A DNA stretch of 64,000 nt from Treponema sp. (GTDB lineage Bacteria; Spirochaetota; Spirochaetia; Treponematales; Breznakiellaceae), in assembly GCA_009777535.1 (NCBI GenBank), contig WRLP01000001.1, positions 47,631 to 111,630 of the forward strand, written 5' to 3'. Shown here in pieces: positions 47,181 to 56,879 of this stretch (the first letter of the stretch is position 1; each line of letters begins with the position of its first letter). The notes beneath the pieces are model-generated. The model saw nothing but the letters and a program-made list of their open reading frames with translations. It did no database searches and had not been told where the DNA came from. Position numbers and translations under genes: made by a program.

Positions 47181-50100
47181 AAAATTTCTATTTCGATAAA
47201 ATTACAGCCGCCGTTTTGACGGTTATTTTGGCAGTTGGTATGCTTCCGGTAAATGGGTTTACCCAGGCATTTCCGGCTCCTTCGCCGTCTTCAAAAACTT
47301 CAGATTCCCTTTATGATGTCCGGGGTTTTGACAGAACGGTCTTTGATTATCACTTTAGCAGAGCCGACAGGGAACTGAGTCCGGATCGCTGGCTTGCGGA
47401 AGCGAAGCAGGGTATTAATATGGCAATTTGCGCCTGGGAATTATTTGCTTCGTCTTTATATGACAATCCTTTTCTTCTCCAGGGGGCAAGGGCAAAAATA
47501 GAAAAGTGGAGCGGCGAAGAACTCGAAGAGCGTTTTTCTGAATGGCTCGCCGGCCGTTTTTTCGGCGAAGCTGTCGAAAATGCCATGACCGGAATATCAG
47601 GACTGTTAGGCGATACTCAAAAACAGTACACATGGCATTTGGATACGGCTGGAAATATTATTCTGGAGGATAAGACAGGAGATCCCCTTGTAATACGGCC
47701 ACACGAGAGTGCGTTTATATTTGATTTGGAAAAATGGAAAAACGATGCGGCGAACCATATTAATTCGGAAAGTGCTTTTTTTAATGACGCGTTAACCGCT
47801 CTTTATCCGGAACTGCTGGCTTATATGCCGGCTGAACTGCGCCAAAGCATGAATTCGGTGATTCTTGGAACCGGCTCAACCTTAAAAAATTTTGTTAAGA
47901 GGGAATTTGAAAACATTGCCGCAAGGGAAGAGCGCCTGTTTATCAGCCGGCGGACAAGAGATGTATGGAGTCTGCGCAATAAAAGCGATGAGGAGGCGGC
48001 AAGGATCGTTACCGAAAGGCTGATAAGTGAAGCTGAAGAAGTATGTATAAGGGGAATTAATGATTTAAACACAAAAATTGAGGAAGCTTCCGCCGGCACC
48101 GGGGATCTGGCTTTTTTGGGCGAAGAATGGCTGCGAATGTATCAGGAACAGTTTGACAGGGGGCTGCGGGCCTGGGAAGATGCGGAAGAAAGATTTTTTA
48201 TCAGGAGAATCGAGTGGGAGCAGGAGTCGCTCAGACTTTTCTCCGAGGGAGAAGATGTCTGGCTTGCGGCTTATCATCAGTTGGAGGAAGAGCGCAGGAA
48301 GTGGGAATTAAAAGCAAAAGAGTTATTCGAGTCCGGTGAAGCGTTGTTCATGAATATTTCAGAAAATCTGGAGAAGGCGATTACTGCCGCAAGGGCCGAA
48401 TTTGAATATAACATGGCAATGCGGATTGGAAGCGGGGCCGCAAAAGCCAAGGCCCTGGTCGATATGTACCTGACCAGCGGCTCTGCGGCTTTGACTATCA
48501 GGGATAACATTCTGTTTTGGCAGAAACAGATTGCGTACGGTGATCCGCCGGATCCATCGGAGGCCCGTTTTTCCCAATGGCTTGCCGGTGAAAGACTGAA
48601 TTTTTGGATAAAGGCAGAAACCAATGAAAAAAGGTGGATTGGATATGACGATTATGTTGAACAGCTGGAAGCATTAAATTATATTATAATAACAACAAGG
48701 GATCCGGCGGAAAAAGCTTTCGCTACAGTAAACTACAATAATTTGTATAACAGATTTATTGCTGCCCAAATATACTTAATTCAAATTCAGGACATTATTG
48801 AAGATATCGTTGCCGGAAAAACAGTAACAGATGCGGAATTTGAATTTGCAGAGGGTAATGGTTCATTGGGCCTTTTTGATCGCGCCCGTTTTAATAATAT
48901 TTCGGAAATAACCAAATTATATGAGTTATATCTTTCGTACATGGCCAGAGCAACAGAAACAAGAGAAATAATTATTGAAGATTTCAGTGAGTTAATGGGA
49001 ACCGGAGCGCTGAAAGATATTATTTCGCCTAATGCATCAAGCGAAGATTTTTGTCTCGATGAGTACCAGCTGGAGCTAATCAGGGCAAAAGCGCTCGTGC
49101 TGTACTGGGAACGAAAGACATACATTGCAGAAGCGGTATCCGCCTATGCGAAGGATCTGAGCGCCGGAAGAGTTACAGAGGCGGAAGGAATACAGGCCTG
49201 GGAAAACGCCAAAACCGCCTACAACGAGTCACTGGAGAGGTATGAGACAGAGTTAAACCTGTTAGCCGAAGCCGGCGAAGACATGAAAAACATGCAAAAA
49301 AAGCTGGACAGTTTAAACGCTGAGTTAAAGTATGCTGAAGAAAAGTTAAATAAAATGAATTCCGATTATTCCGCTATTATTGCCGCTTCCATTACCGATC
49401 GTGAGGATCAGCTGCGGCTGGAATTAGATGCAAAGTATAATTTTCTTGTTACGGAATACAGACTGCTGTCTCCAAATGGCGGCGCTTCAGTCTATAGTGC
49501 AGCCCTGAATTATGGCATGAATATGGAGAGAGCCTGGCGGATTGAAAATGCCCAAATTGCCCTTTTTGATCTTGTTAATGGAAAGAACGAAGGTGTCGGC
49601 GTTGATGCATTATCTTTATATGAACTTAAAGAAAGAGTTCTTGCCGGACTTGAATCAGAGGTTAGCTTAAGAATTCGTCTTGCCGGTATTAATTTATTTT
49701 CTGATACATTTGACGGCTATCTAAGGTCCCCGAATTCTTCTTACAGTAGTGCGGATTGGTATTCTGGTGTGAAAGGTATTGCCCACACTTATGAATTGGC
49801 AAGGTCCCTGTATGGTGAAAAATTAGGGGAGCAGCTTATTGCCGATTATAAAAACAGTTATTCTATCCTGATAGAAACCCGGCTTGCCCTTGAGATTGAT
49901 GCCCTTGATTTTTTTCTTTATGGAGATTCAGAGCCGGAAAGCATTTCGGAGCTTTTGTCTGAAAGCTGTCTTGTTGATGATATTACCGCCGCAGAGCTTC
50001 TTGAAGTGTTAATAGCTTTTCGAGACAGGCTCAACCACGGAGAAGGGTTTTATTCTTATAACGACGATGAAAATGAAATTATTTACCGGTTCATCTCAGG

Positions 50101-53100
50101 AGAATCTTCCTTTACCGGAACGGAAAATATTGTTGCTGAATTAATAAATGAATTTAATTTCTCCCTTGGCTTGCTGGAATTGTACAGTGAATACGCTTTG
50201 TTTGGTTCATTTACAGCGTGGGAACTGTGGCAGAACACGCTTGTGTCGCTGGAAAGGTTTTTTTCCGAATATGGCCTGGCACTGAATGGAGAATACCTGC
50301 CTGACGCCGATAGAATTTGCGCAAAAATATTCGGGCAATCCGGGAATTTTCTCAATAATGCAGCGGAATTCCTGCGGAATTTTGAACAGTGTTTTCTTTT
50401 TGTACCGGAATGGCTGGAATATGAACTGGATATCTGGAAAACATATTTAATCGATTATATTGCAGCTTATGCGGTGTATTTGGGAAGGCAGCCTTTGGAA
50501 CATTCATCATATTTTGAATCTGAATTGGATAATATGGAGGGCCGGTACAATTTATTTTACGAGAACATCAATTCTATGCGATATATCGATGATTTGTCGA
50601 TGGATAAAATAGAATACGATTATTTAACACTTAAAAACGAAAATATATTGCTCGCTTATAAATATCAGATTGCCGTGGTCTTGGAAAAAATTTCCAAAGA
50701 ATCGGATAACGCAGGTTATGAGAAACATTGGCGCCGGTTCTTATCTGGTTTTTATATTAACAGTATTGATTCCGCGGCTTCTGGTGTTTCTTCATGGAAT
50801 GAGGGTGTAATGCTTGATGCCCTGGAAAAGGCAGTATTTTCTACCGGCCGAATGAATATCGCCTTGGCCATGTACTCTCAAATAAATAATGACATAGTAA
50901 CGGCCAATTCAGAAATACTTTACGGTTTGTATCATAACGAAAATTTAAAGATAGAGCACGGTTTTTCGAGCCTGGATTTTCAGAGAACTGAACTTGCCCG
51001 TCTTGGCAGGGCTTATGATTATTCAAAAATACCATCTATCGATTTAACGGTTGAGGCGGAAAAACATTATGAGGCGCTTGGAATCCAGGAAAATATTTTT
51101 TACGCGCTATGGGATGATTATCTGGCAGAGGCTGAAGAATTTGTTAAAATTGGCAGCCTGTATGACAATCAATACGGCAGACTAAAGTATGCTTACAATA
51201 ATACGGAAAGGCTGCGCTTTGAATATGAAAAACAGGATGCAATTCGAAGATGGGCAAGCACAGCATATCTAGATGCGGGTAATATCGATCTTCTGAACAG
51301 TAAAGATAGGCTTGCCAGAGCGCAAATGGTATTAACTGTTTTGTCAGACATATATGACAATGAAGAACGGCGTCAATATGATAATCCTGAATATCAGGCG
51401 CTGTACCTTAATTACGAACAGTGGTTTAACAATAAGCTGGTAATTGCAAAAACCTATGACGCTCTTCAGTCGTTGATAGGGGAAGAAGCAATAAAAAATA
51501 ATGATATTTACTCACAGTATAATTCAGTGCTTGCAACTCTCGGGCAATGGACATTTCAACACGACTATGACGGGTATAATTCTTCGGCGGACCAATCGCA
51601 GTGGTCAGTTAAAGATATTATTACCGTAAAAAACGGTCAATTGGCATTTTCCAGAGACGAGATGACTCTAACAGGAGTAAATGATTCCAAATCAAAACTT
51701 TTAAATGATTATTTTACATCATCTTATGTTGTCTCCGGCGAAAAGCACATTGTAAGTCAATTTGAAGAATCTGTCAGAAGTTTAAGCCAGAGAATGACCG
51801 GCTATTTCATGAATGCGGAAAAATTTAATCAATGGGGGCTTGCAAGGGATTATCTGATATCTTCCATGATTGCCGCAAACGGAAATTTAAAGTTTTTGTC
51901 AGGTTATTATACAGGAGCCGGAGAACTGGCCGATGGCGGCAGCTTAGGTAGACTGTCTTTCAAATATTCACCGGTTGATAGAACCGAAACAGTCAGGTCT
52001 GCCGCTCATAACAACAGTTCATTTTATAACTCCCTAAGAAACCCGCAAGCCATGCTGAAAAATGCCTGGGAAGGTTTAAGCGAACAGGAAAAAGCCGATC
52101 TTGAATTTTATATTATTCTGACATTGTCCGGCAGGTTCAACAATTATGCAGGCGGGTTTTCGATGATACATACGCTTGATGTTTATCAGAAGGGATACAA
52201 TTTTGTAAGGGAATATTATAAAAAAGCAGATAAAATATGTAATGATCCATTGAAGCTCGGCGGTCTTGGGATATGGAAAGAAATGAGGGATATAAACAAG
52301 ACAACAATGAATCGAATAAATACTGTTCTTAATGAAACAAAGAAAATTGTAGAAACATGGAAACTTGGATTAGCTGAAAATTTAAGGCAAATATCATTGT
52401 ATGCTTCTGAATATACCAGGTCCTGCGCAGAACTGGACGAAATAGAAAAGACACAACCGGATGGACAAAGGATTGTATGGCAGGATATCGAAGATTCTGT
52501 TTCCTGTTTAAAAACGATTTCTGATTATGAAATTACAATTCTGGAAAGTTGCTGGAAAAAAATGCTTGTGGAAACCGGCAGGGCATATACCAGTGTCCCG
52601 GCTGCAATTGCCGATCTGCTTGGCTGGGCAGGGAATACCGAGGTATTAAGCAGGCAGGCTCTGGAATATTTTTGGATTGCTGATGAACAATCACGCAAGA
52701 AGGCGGAAATTGATTTTCGCCTGGCGCAGGAAGCTTATTTTTCCGATGAAATAAGCATAGATACTCTAGAGGCTGCCGCAGAAAATGCTTACGGAAAAAA
52801 CTCCGCAGCATGGAAAAATCATCTTGAAAATTTAGGAAACACAATGATAAGGGATCTGGGCAGTTATTTAAATTCCCACTCAAGTTATTATACGGAGTTT
52901 CAGGCTCTTGGGGAAGATTTGGTTGCCGTAGTTGCAAGGACGCTCCACAGTCGTTATGCGGCGGAACTTGCCGGCAGAGATAACGAATGGAATCTGCAGC
53001 GCATGGACATAGCTGAAAAATATATTGAGTGGCAGATGCTTGCGAAACGGCTTGTGGAAAATGGCAGAAATGACTGGGATAACGGCGTTCAGAAAATAAC

Positions 53101-56100
53101 AGAGGCTCATAGGCAATGGAATGAAAATTTCGTAAACGAATACAACCGGGTAAGCGCTGAGTGGACGGAAACTTATCTGGCCGGGCTGGAAGATAAAAAG
53201 AAATGGCTGGAAATGGTTGGCAATGCGGCAGATAACGCGGCATCCTCCGCCTTTCTGTCTCTTGTCGGCGCTGAGGCGGAACGAATGGCGAGATCAATAG
53301 AAACCAGGGAACCGTTTGGTCTTCGTGATATTGAAGTTGATGCGGATGATCTTCTGGCGGAACTGCTGAACAGTTCCGGAATCCGCAATATGACTAGTGC
53401 ATTTGCTTCAATTAACGCAATTTCCGAAACCGGATCCATCGCGGTCAGGAGGGGTATTGGCGGCTTATCGTCATGGGACGCATCTCTTGCCAGGGCGGCT
53501 GCCGGAGATTTGGCCCGAAAAACCAATTCACAGCTGGCTGCCCAGGAATCCGCAAAACTTGCTTTAGTTACCCGTAATATAGCCGAAGAGGCTGTTAAAA
53601 ACCTTGTCTCCAGCGTGGATTCCGCAAACAATGATTTTCGTGAAAGCATGGACGATACTTTTATCTTTAAGGGGCTTTGGAGAAGGAGCGGAAATAATTA
53701 TGTGAAAGATATAATAATGGGTTCTACCCTTTTTGAACCTGTAATCACAGAAAGAAAAACCATTGCAGGATATTCTGATTACCGGATGGATCCGGTAGAA
53801 CTCAAGGTAAACCTTGATGAAAAATACCTGGCAAGCCTGGACACTCTGGCTCTCAGGAGCATAATGGAAAGTGTCTATCAGGAACTGGAATCCATTGCAA
53901 AAGAAATATTCGGAAATAATTCTGGCCCCGAAAAAATAATCAAACAGGGAATAATTTACAAACGTTCCGGCAATACCAGGGAATCAATGTATGAGGAAGT
54001 ATTGATTGATCTAGAGGAGCGCGATCTTTTTCCGGGAAAATTCGGCGCTCATATCGGATATAGACCGGCAGTAAAGCCCGGTGATCTGAATGGAAATAAC
54101 AAAAATACAATGTTCCATGATCAGGGCAGCGGAGAGCTGGGGCGCCTAATGACCCAGTTCATATATTGGGCAGTAATCGACGGGAAGGGAAGCGCCGAAA
54201 TTTACACGGCCACATGGGAAAAACGCATGTGGGACGACAGCGGCAGCTCATTTGAGGCGCCCAGCCTTCGTACAGCGCTGCAAATAGCCGGTACGGTTGC
54301 GGCCGCAGTTGTTTCGATAGTGGCGGCGCCGTTCACCGCGGGGGCAAGTACTCTGGGCCTGGTTGGATTAATGGCTCTTAATGTCGGCATTACTTCCACC
54401 AGCGAACTGGTTTTCAATGCTCTTGATGTGGGTTATGGCCATAAGACATTTGGTGAAGCGGGTTTTAGTTTTGGAAAGACAACTTTGATAAATACAGTCA
54501 GCAGCGTTGGTTCGGGGGTTTTTGGCGGTGTAGGAAACGCCGGCTTTATTGCCGGCCAGGGGCTTACAAGCGCGGCTGTTGGCACGGCAGCAGGTTCTGC
54601 TGCGGCTACAGTGGCTGTTCAGACTACAATGGCCGGTGTGCAGACCTTTACCACCGGATTGCTAACCAATGCCATAGGCGGAATTAATTACAGCCGTGAA
54701 GGAGGCTGGAGCTACTCGGTGCAGAGCGACAGCGGAAAAGGTCTGCTGATAAACACACTGTCTTCCATGGGGGGAGCCTTTACTACCGGGGCATTCCAGG
54801 CTATTAACACCGGAACCGTTGGAGAAAAAGTTGTGGGCTTTTCCGGATTAAACAGGGAAGACATTGCAAGGCTGAACGGCCTGGCCGGTTCCCTTGCCGG
54901 CGAAGGAATTAATTTTGCCTTTGGAGGTGATTTTACATTAAATTTACTGAATATAGGCTTATTTACAGACAGCAAGTATAACAGCGGGCTGCTGGAATTG
55001 CATATTGGCCGTGACGGTTCCCCGACAATGAACCTTGGAACCGGCGGTGCGAATATCAGCCCTGAAAATATATTAGCGGCCTTTAGGGGCGCGCAGGTCT
55101 GGAATATGAACAACCAAATTGGCAGGTATGGGAGGGATAATGATTTTGACGCATTGATTGCATTAAGGGCGCAATACGGATTTGGCGACTCAACGCAGGT
55201 GGAACAACTCCGCAACATTCTGAACAAAATAGACGAACTATGGACTGAAAGCGGTCAGGGGTATGATGCAAAAACAGAAATGATTGACGGTGTGCGTGTT
55301 GTAAGGCTCGGCAATTATCAGGCTGGAATGAGTGTGGAAGAACAAATGCGCCTTGCCGCGATTCTTGGGCATGAGGCGTACAGAGATGGCATAATTTCAC
55401 CGGATGATTTCGCAGAACTCAAGGATGCATCAATCGCAAGAATACTAATGGGAGACCGGATAAATCAGGACTATCAGTGGTTTTATGCCTATAATGTTGA
55501 TTTTGGTTTCGAGAGTTTCCTGTATGGTATGGCGGAATTATCAGGGTATTTTGAACTGCTTGATAATTATCTGCAGTACACCTACAAAAATGAGGAAGAC
55601 TTCTTTTGGCAATGGGCAAGTACGGGAGGCAATTTCCAGTCTATGGATGAACTAAAAAGCATACCGCTCCTGAACTCAATGTCTGTGGCTAAAGTAGATG
55701 AAATTAACGACGAAAGGTTAGATACTGCATTTGATAAATATAAAGAAGACCTGGCAAAAGAAGAAGACTATACCGGTGATATTGCGGATTTTGTATCAGA
55801 AAAAGGGACAGATGATGTATTAAAAGAAGCTTTTAAAAATGATGCGGGGCTTTTGAGTAAATATGAATATGATCCTATACAAATAGAGTCGATTTATTCA
55901 GATGGCTGCATGTTCATGTCGACAAAATACGGGCTGGAGGCAATTACCGGGAAACAGTTTGATACACTCTGGTTCAATGAGTATATAAAAAATAATAATC
56001 TATACGATGGTGAATCCGATCTTTCAAAATATTTAATGGCCGAAATTATGAACCGCCTTGCAGGAAACCAATATAATGTAACTCTTGTCCAAACGGGTCT

Positions 56101-56446
56101 TCCGGATGCGGCCAGGTTATTTGAATACGGACAGGCAGGTGATATGTATCTTGCCCATCTGCGGATAAAAGAAAACGGGACTGGCGGGGGTTATCATTCT
56201 GTGATGGTTTCCGGCATCGAATACACTTACGATATTATGGGAAATGTTACTGGTATAAGCGCTGTCAATGTAGCGAATCCCTGGGGCAAGGGCAGCTTTA
56301 CCGGAAAAACCAGTTACACAATGGATCAAATTGCCCGCTGGGATATTTTCAGGGTAACCCAGCAAGGACCGTTAACCACGGTAATAAGAGTTCCAAGTTT
56401 TAGGGACAAATTACAGTCTGGGTATTATTATACATTACCTTTTTAG
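47168..56446 (+). CDS. Giant secreted protein (3,092 aa): signal peptide, ~2,300-aa helical region, Gly-rich hydrophobic module, C-terminal papain-like Cys/His domain
   Basis: A single uninterrupted ORF. The alternative start at 47177 forms ATGA with the RND stop. N-terminal signal peptide: KITAAVLTVILAVGMLPVNGFTQA. Confidence 0.85.
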   Translation: MFNMKNFYFDKITAAVLTVILAVGMLPVNGFTQAFPAPSPSSKTSDSLYDVRGFDRTVFDYHFSRADRELSPDRWLAEAKQGINMAICAWELFASSLYDNPFLLQGARAKIEKWSGEELEERFSEWLAGRFFGEAVENAMTGISGLLGDTQKQYTWHLDTAGNIILEDKTGDPLVIRPHESAFIFDLEKWKNDAANHINSESAFFNDALTALYPELLAYMPAELRQSMNSVILGTGSTLKNFVKREFENIAAREERLFISRRTRDVWSLRNKSDEEAARIVTERLISEAEEVCIRGINDLNTKIEEASAGTGDLAFLGEEWLRMYQEQFDRGLRAWEDAEERFFIRRIEWEQESLRLFSEGEDVWLAAYHQLEEERRKWELKAKELFESGEALFMNISENLEKAITAARAEFEYNMAMRIGSGAAKAKALVDMYLTSGSAALTIRDNILFWQKQIAYGDPPDPSEARFSQWLAGERLNFWIKAETNEKRWIGYDDYVEQLEALNYIIITTRDPAEKAFATVNYNNLYNRFIAAQIYLIQIQDIIEDIVAGKTVTDAEFEFAEGNGSLGLFDRARFNNISEITKLYELYLSYMARATETREIIIEDFSELMGTGALKDIISPNASSEDFCLDEYQLELIRAKALVLYWERKTYIAEAVSAYAKDLSAGRVTEAEGIQAWENAKTAYNESLERYETELNLLAEAGEDMKNMQKKLDSLNAELKYAEEKLNKMNSDYSAIIAASITDREDQLRLELDAKYNFLVTEYRLLSPNGGASVYSAALNYGMNMERAWRIENAQIALFDLVNGKNEGVGVDALSLYELKERVLAGLESEVSLRIRLAGINLFSDTFDGYLRSPNSSYSSADWYSGVKGIAHTYELARSLYGEKLGEQLIADYKNSYSILIETRLALEIDALDFFLYGDSEPESISELLSESCLVDDITAAELLEVLIAFRDRLNHGEGFYSYNDDENEIIYRFISGESSFTGTENIVAELINEFNFSLGLLELYSEYALFGSFTAWELWQNTLVSLERFFSEYGLALNGEYLPDADRICAKIFGQSGNFLNNAAEFLRNFEQCFLFVPEWLEYELDIWKTYLIDYIAAYAVYLGRQPLEHSSYFESELDNMEGRYNLFYENINSMRYIDDLSMDKIEYDYLTLKNENILLAYKYQIAVVLEKISKESDNAGYEKHWRRFLSGFYINSIDSAASGVSSWNEGVMLDALEKAVFSTGRMNIALAMYSQINNDIVTANSEILYGLYHNENLKIEHGFSSLDFQRTELARLGRAYDYSKIPSIDLTVEAEKHYEALGIQENIFYALWDDYLAEAEEFVKIGSLYDNQYGRLKYAYNNTERLRFEYEKQDAIRRWASTAYLDAGNIDLLNSKDRLARAQMVLTVLSDIYDNEERRQYDNPEYQALYLNYEQWFNNKLVIAKTYDALQSLIGEEAIKNNDIYSQYNSVLATLGQWTFQHDYDGYNSSADQSQWSVKDIITVKNGQLAFSRDEMTLTGVNDSKSKLLNDYFTSSYVVSGEKHIVSQFEESVRSLSQRMTGYFMNAEKFNQWGLARDYLISSMIAANGNLKFLSGYYTGAGELADGGSLGRLSFKYSPVDRTETVRSAAHNNSSFYNSLRNPQAMLKNAWEGLSEQEKADLEFYIILTLSGRFNNYAGGFSMIHTLDVYQKGYNFVREYYKKADKICNDPLKLGGLGIWKEMRDINKTTMNRINTVLNETKKIVETWKLGLAENLRQISLYASEYTRSCAELDEIEKTQPDGQRIVWQDIEDSVSCLKTISDYEITILESCWKKMLVETGRAYTSVPAAIADLLGWAGNTEVLSRQALEYFWIADEQSRKKAEIDFRLAQEAYFSDEISIDTLEAAAENAYGKNSAAWKNHLENLGNTMIRDLGSYLNSHSSYYTEFQALGEDLVAVVARTLHSRYAAELAGRDNEWNLQRMDIAEKYIEWQMLAKRLVENGRNDWDNGVQKITEAHRQWNENFVNEYNRVSAEWTETYLAGLEDKKKWLEMVGNAADNAASSAFLSLVGAEAERMARSIETREPFGLRDIEVDADDLLAELLNSSGIRNMTSAFASINAISETGSIAVRRGIGGLSSWDASLARAAAGDLARKTNSQLAAQESAKLALVTRNIAEEAVKNLVSSVDSANNDFRESMDDTFIFKGLWRRSGNNYVKDIIMGSTLFEPVITERKTIAGYSDYRMDPVELKVNLDEKYLASLDTLALRSIMESVYQELESIAKEIFGNNSGPEKIIKQGIIYKRSGNTRESMYEEVLIDLEERDLFPGKFGAHIGYRPAVKPGDLNGNNKNTMFHDQGSGELGRLMTQFIYWAVIDGKGSAEIYTATWEKRMWDDSGSSFEAPSLRTALQIAGTVAAAVVSIVAAPFTAGASTLGLVGLMALNVGITSTSELVFNALDVGYGHKTFGEAGFSFGKTTLINTVSSVGSGVFGGVGNAGFIAGQGLTSAAVGTAAGSAAATVAVQTTMAGVQTFTTGLLTNAIGGINYSREGGWSYSVQSDSGKGLLINTLSSMGGAFTTGAFQAINTGTVGEKVVGFSGLNREDIARLNGLAGSLAGEGINFAFGGDFTLNLLNIGLFTDSKYNSGLLELHIGRDGSPTMNLGTGGANISPENILAAFRGAQVWNMNNQIGRYGRDNDFDALIALRAQYGFGDSTQVEQLRNILNKIDELWTESGQGYDAKTEMIDGVRVVRLGNYQAGMSVEEQMRLAAILGHEAYRDGIISPDDFAELKDASIARILMGDRINQDYQWFYAYNVDFGFESFLYGMAELSGYFELLDNYLQYTYKNEEDFFWQWASTGGNFQSMDELKSIPLLNSMSVAKVDEINDERLDTAFDKYKEDLAKEEDYTGDIADFVSEKGTDDVLKEAFKNDAGLLSKYEYDPIQIESIYSDGCMFMSTKYGLEAITGKQFDTLWFNEYIKNNNLYDGESDLSKYLMAEIMNRLAGNQYNVTLVQTGLPDAARLFEYGQAGDMYLAHLRIKENGTGGGYHSVMVSGIEYTYDIMGNVTGISAVNVANPWGKGSFTGKTSYTMDQIARWDIFRVTQQGPLTTVIRVPSFRDKLQSGYYYTLPF
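54270..55060 (+). other. Gly/Ala/Thr-rich hydrophobic (glycine-zipper-like, possibly membrane-inserting) module of the giant protein
   Basis: IAGTVAAAVVSIVAAPFTAGASTLGLVGLMALNVGI...VGSGVFGGVGNAGFIAGQGLTSAAVGTAAGSAAATVAV... Confidence 0.5.
55860..56443 (+). other. C-terminal papain-fold (C39-like / NlpC-P60-like) cysteine peptidase-type domain of the giant protein
   Basis: The candidate nucleophile is Cys in SDGCMFMS (codon 55907-55909). The candidate His is in GGGYHSVMVSG (56195-56197), followed by VANPWG (Asn/Asp position). Confidence 0.5.
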
Positions 56447-56456
56447 GAGGAAAGTT

Positions 56457-56879
56457 ATGAAAAAATTAATATTTATGGTATTCGGTGTTTTTGTTCTATT
56501 TGGACATCTGGAGGCTGAAAGAATAAGGGAGAGGGGCGTCATTATCGACTATGAAATATATGATAACGGCAAACATATTTTTCGAACTAGCATTTGTGAT
56601 GATGATGGCAGCGGCTCTATTAGCTATTATTATTCATTGTATATGCTTAAATCCGCAAGCCCTGATTTTATCAATATTTTTTATGAAAGATACGGCAGTC
56701 CCGGCGAAGATTTTATCCATAATTTTTCTTTCCAGCGTATTTCAACATTTAGTTATGATAAATTTTTGGATGAAGTCAGAGCATTCCTGATAAAAGTTGG
56801 AGAAAGCGAGGAAAAAACCGAGGTTATTGTGTCTCTGCTCTCAGAGTACCGTAGTATTTTATTGTACAATATGGACTAA
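56457..56879 (+). CDS. Small secreted protein (140 aa), candidate cognate partner/immunity protein of the giant protein C-terminal domain
   Basis: An AGGAGG RBS is present and the start is 10 nt after the giant-gene stop. It has a signal peptide (MKKLIFMVFGVFVLFGHLEA) and is visibly AT-rich. Confidence 0.6.
   Translation: MKKLIFMVFGVFVLFGHLEAERIRERGVIIDYEIYDNGKHIFRTSICDDDGSGSISYYYSLYMLKSASPDFINIFYERYGSPGEDFIHNFSFQRISTFSYDKFLDEVRAFLIKVGESEEKTEVIVSLLSEYRSILLYNMD

Noticed and set aside
55350-55380. A HExxH-like metalloprotease motif (LGHEAYRD) in the giant protein
   Set aside because: The fifth position is Arg, not His (HEAYR), so it is not a zincin motif.
47350-56365. Antisense and off-frame ORFs inside the giant gene, including 52533-53297(-) at 254 aa and 53173-53649(-)
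   Set aside because: They lie inside a 9.3-kb uninterrupted ORF with coherent protein-like sequence. The antisense products are proline/serine/cysteine-rich and have no RBS.
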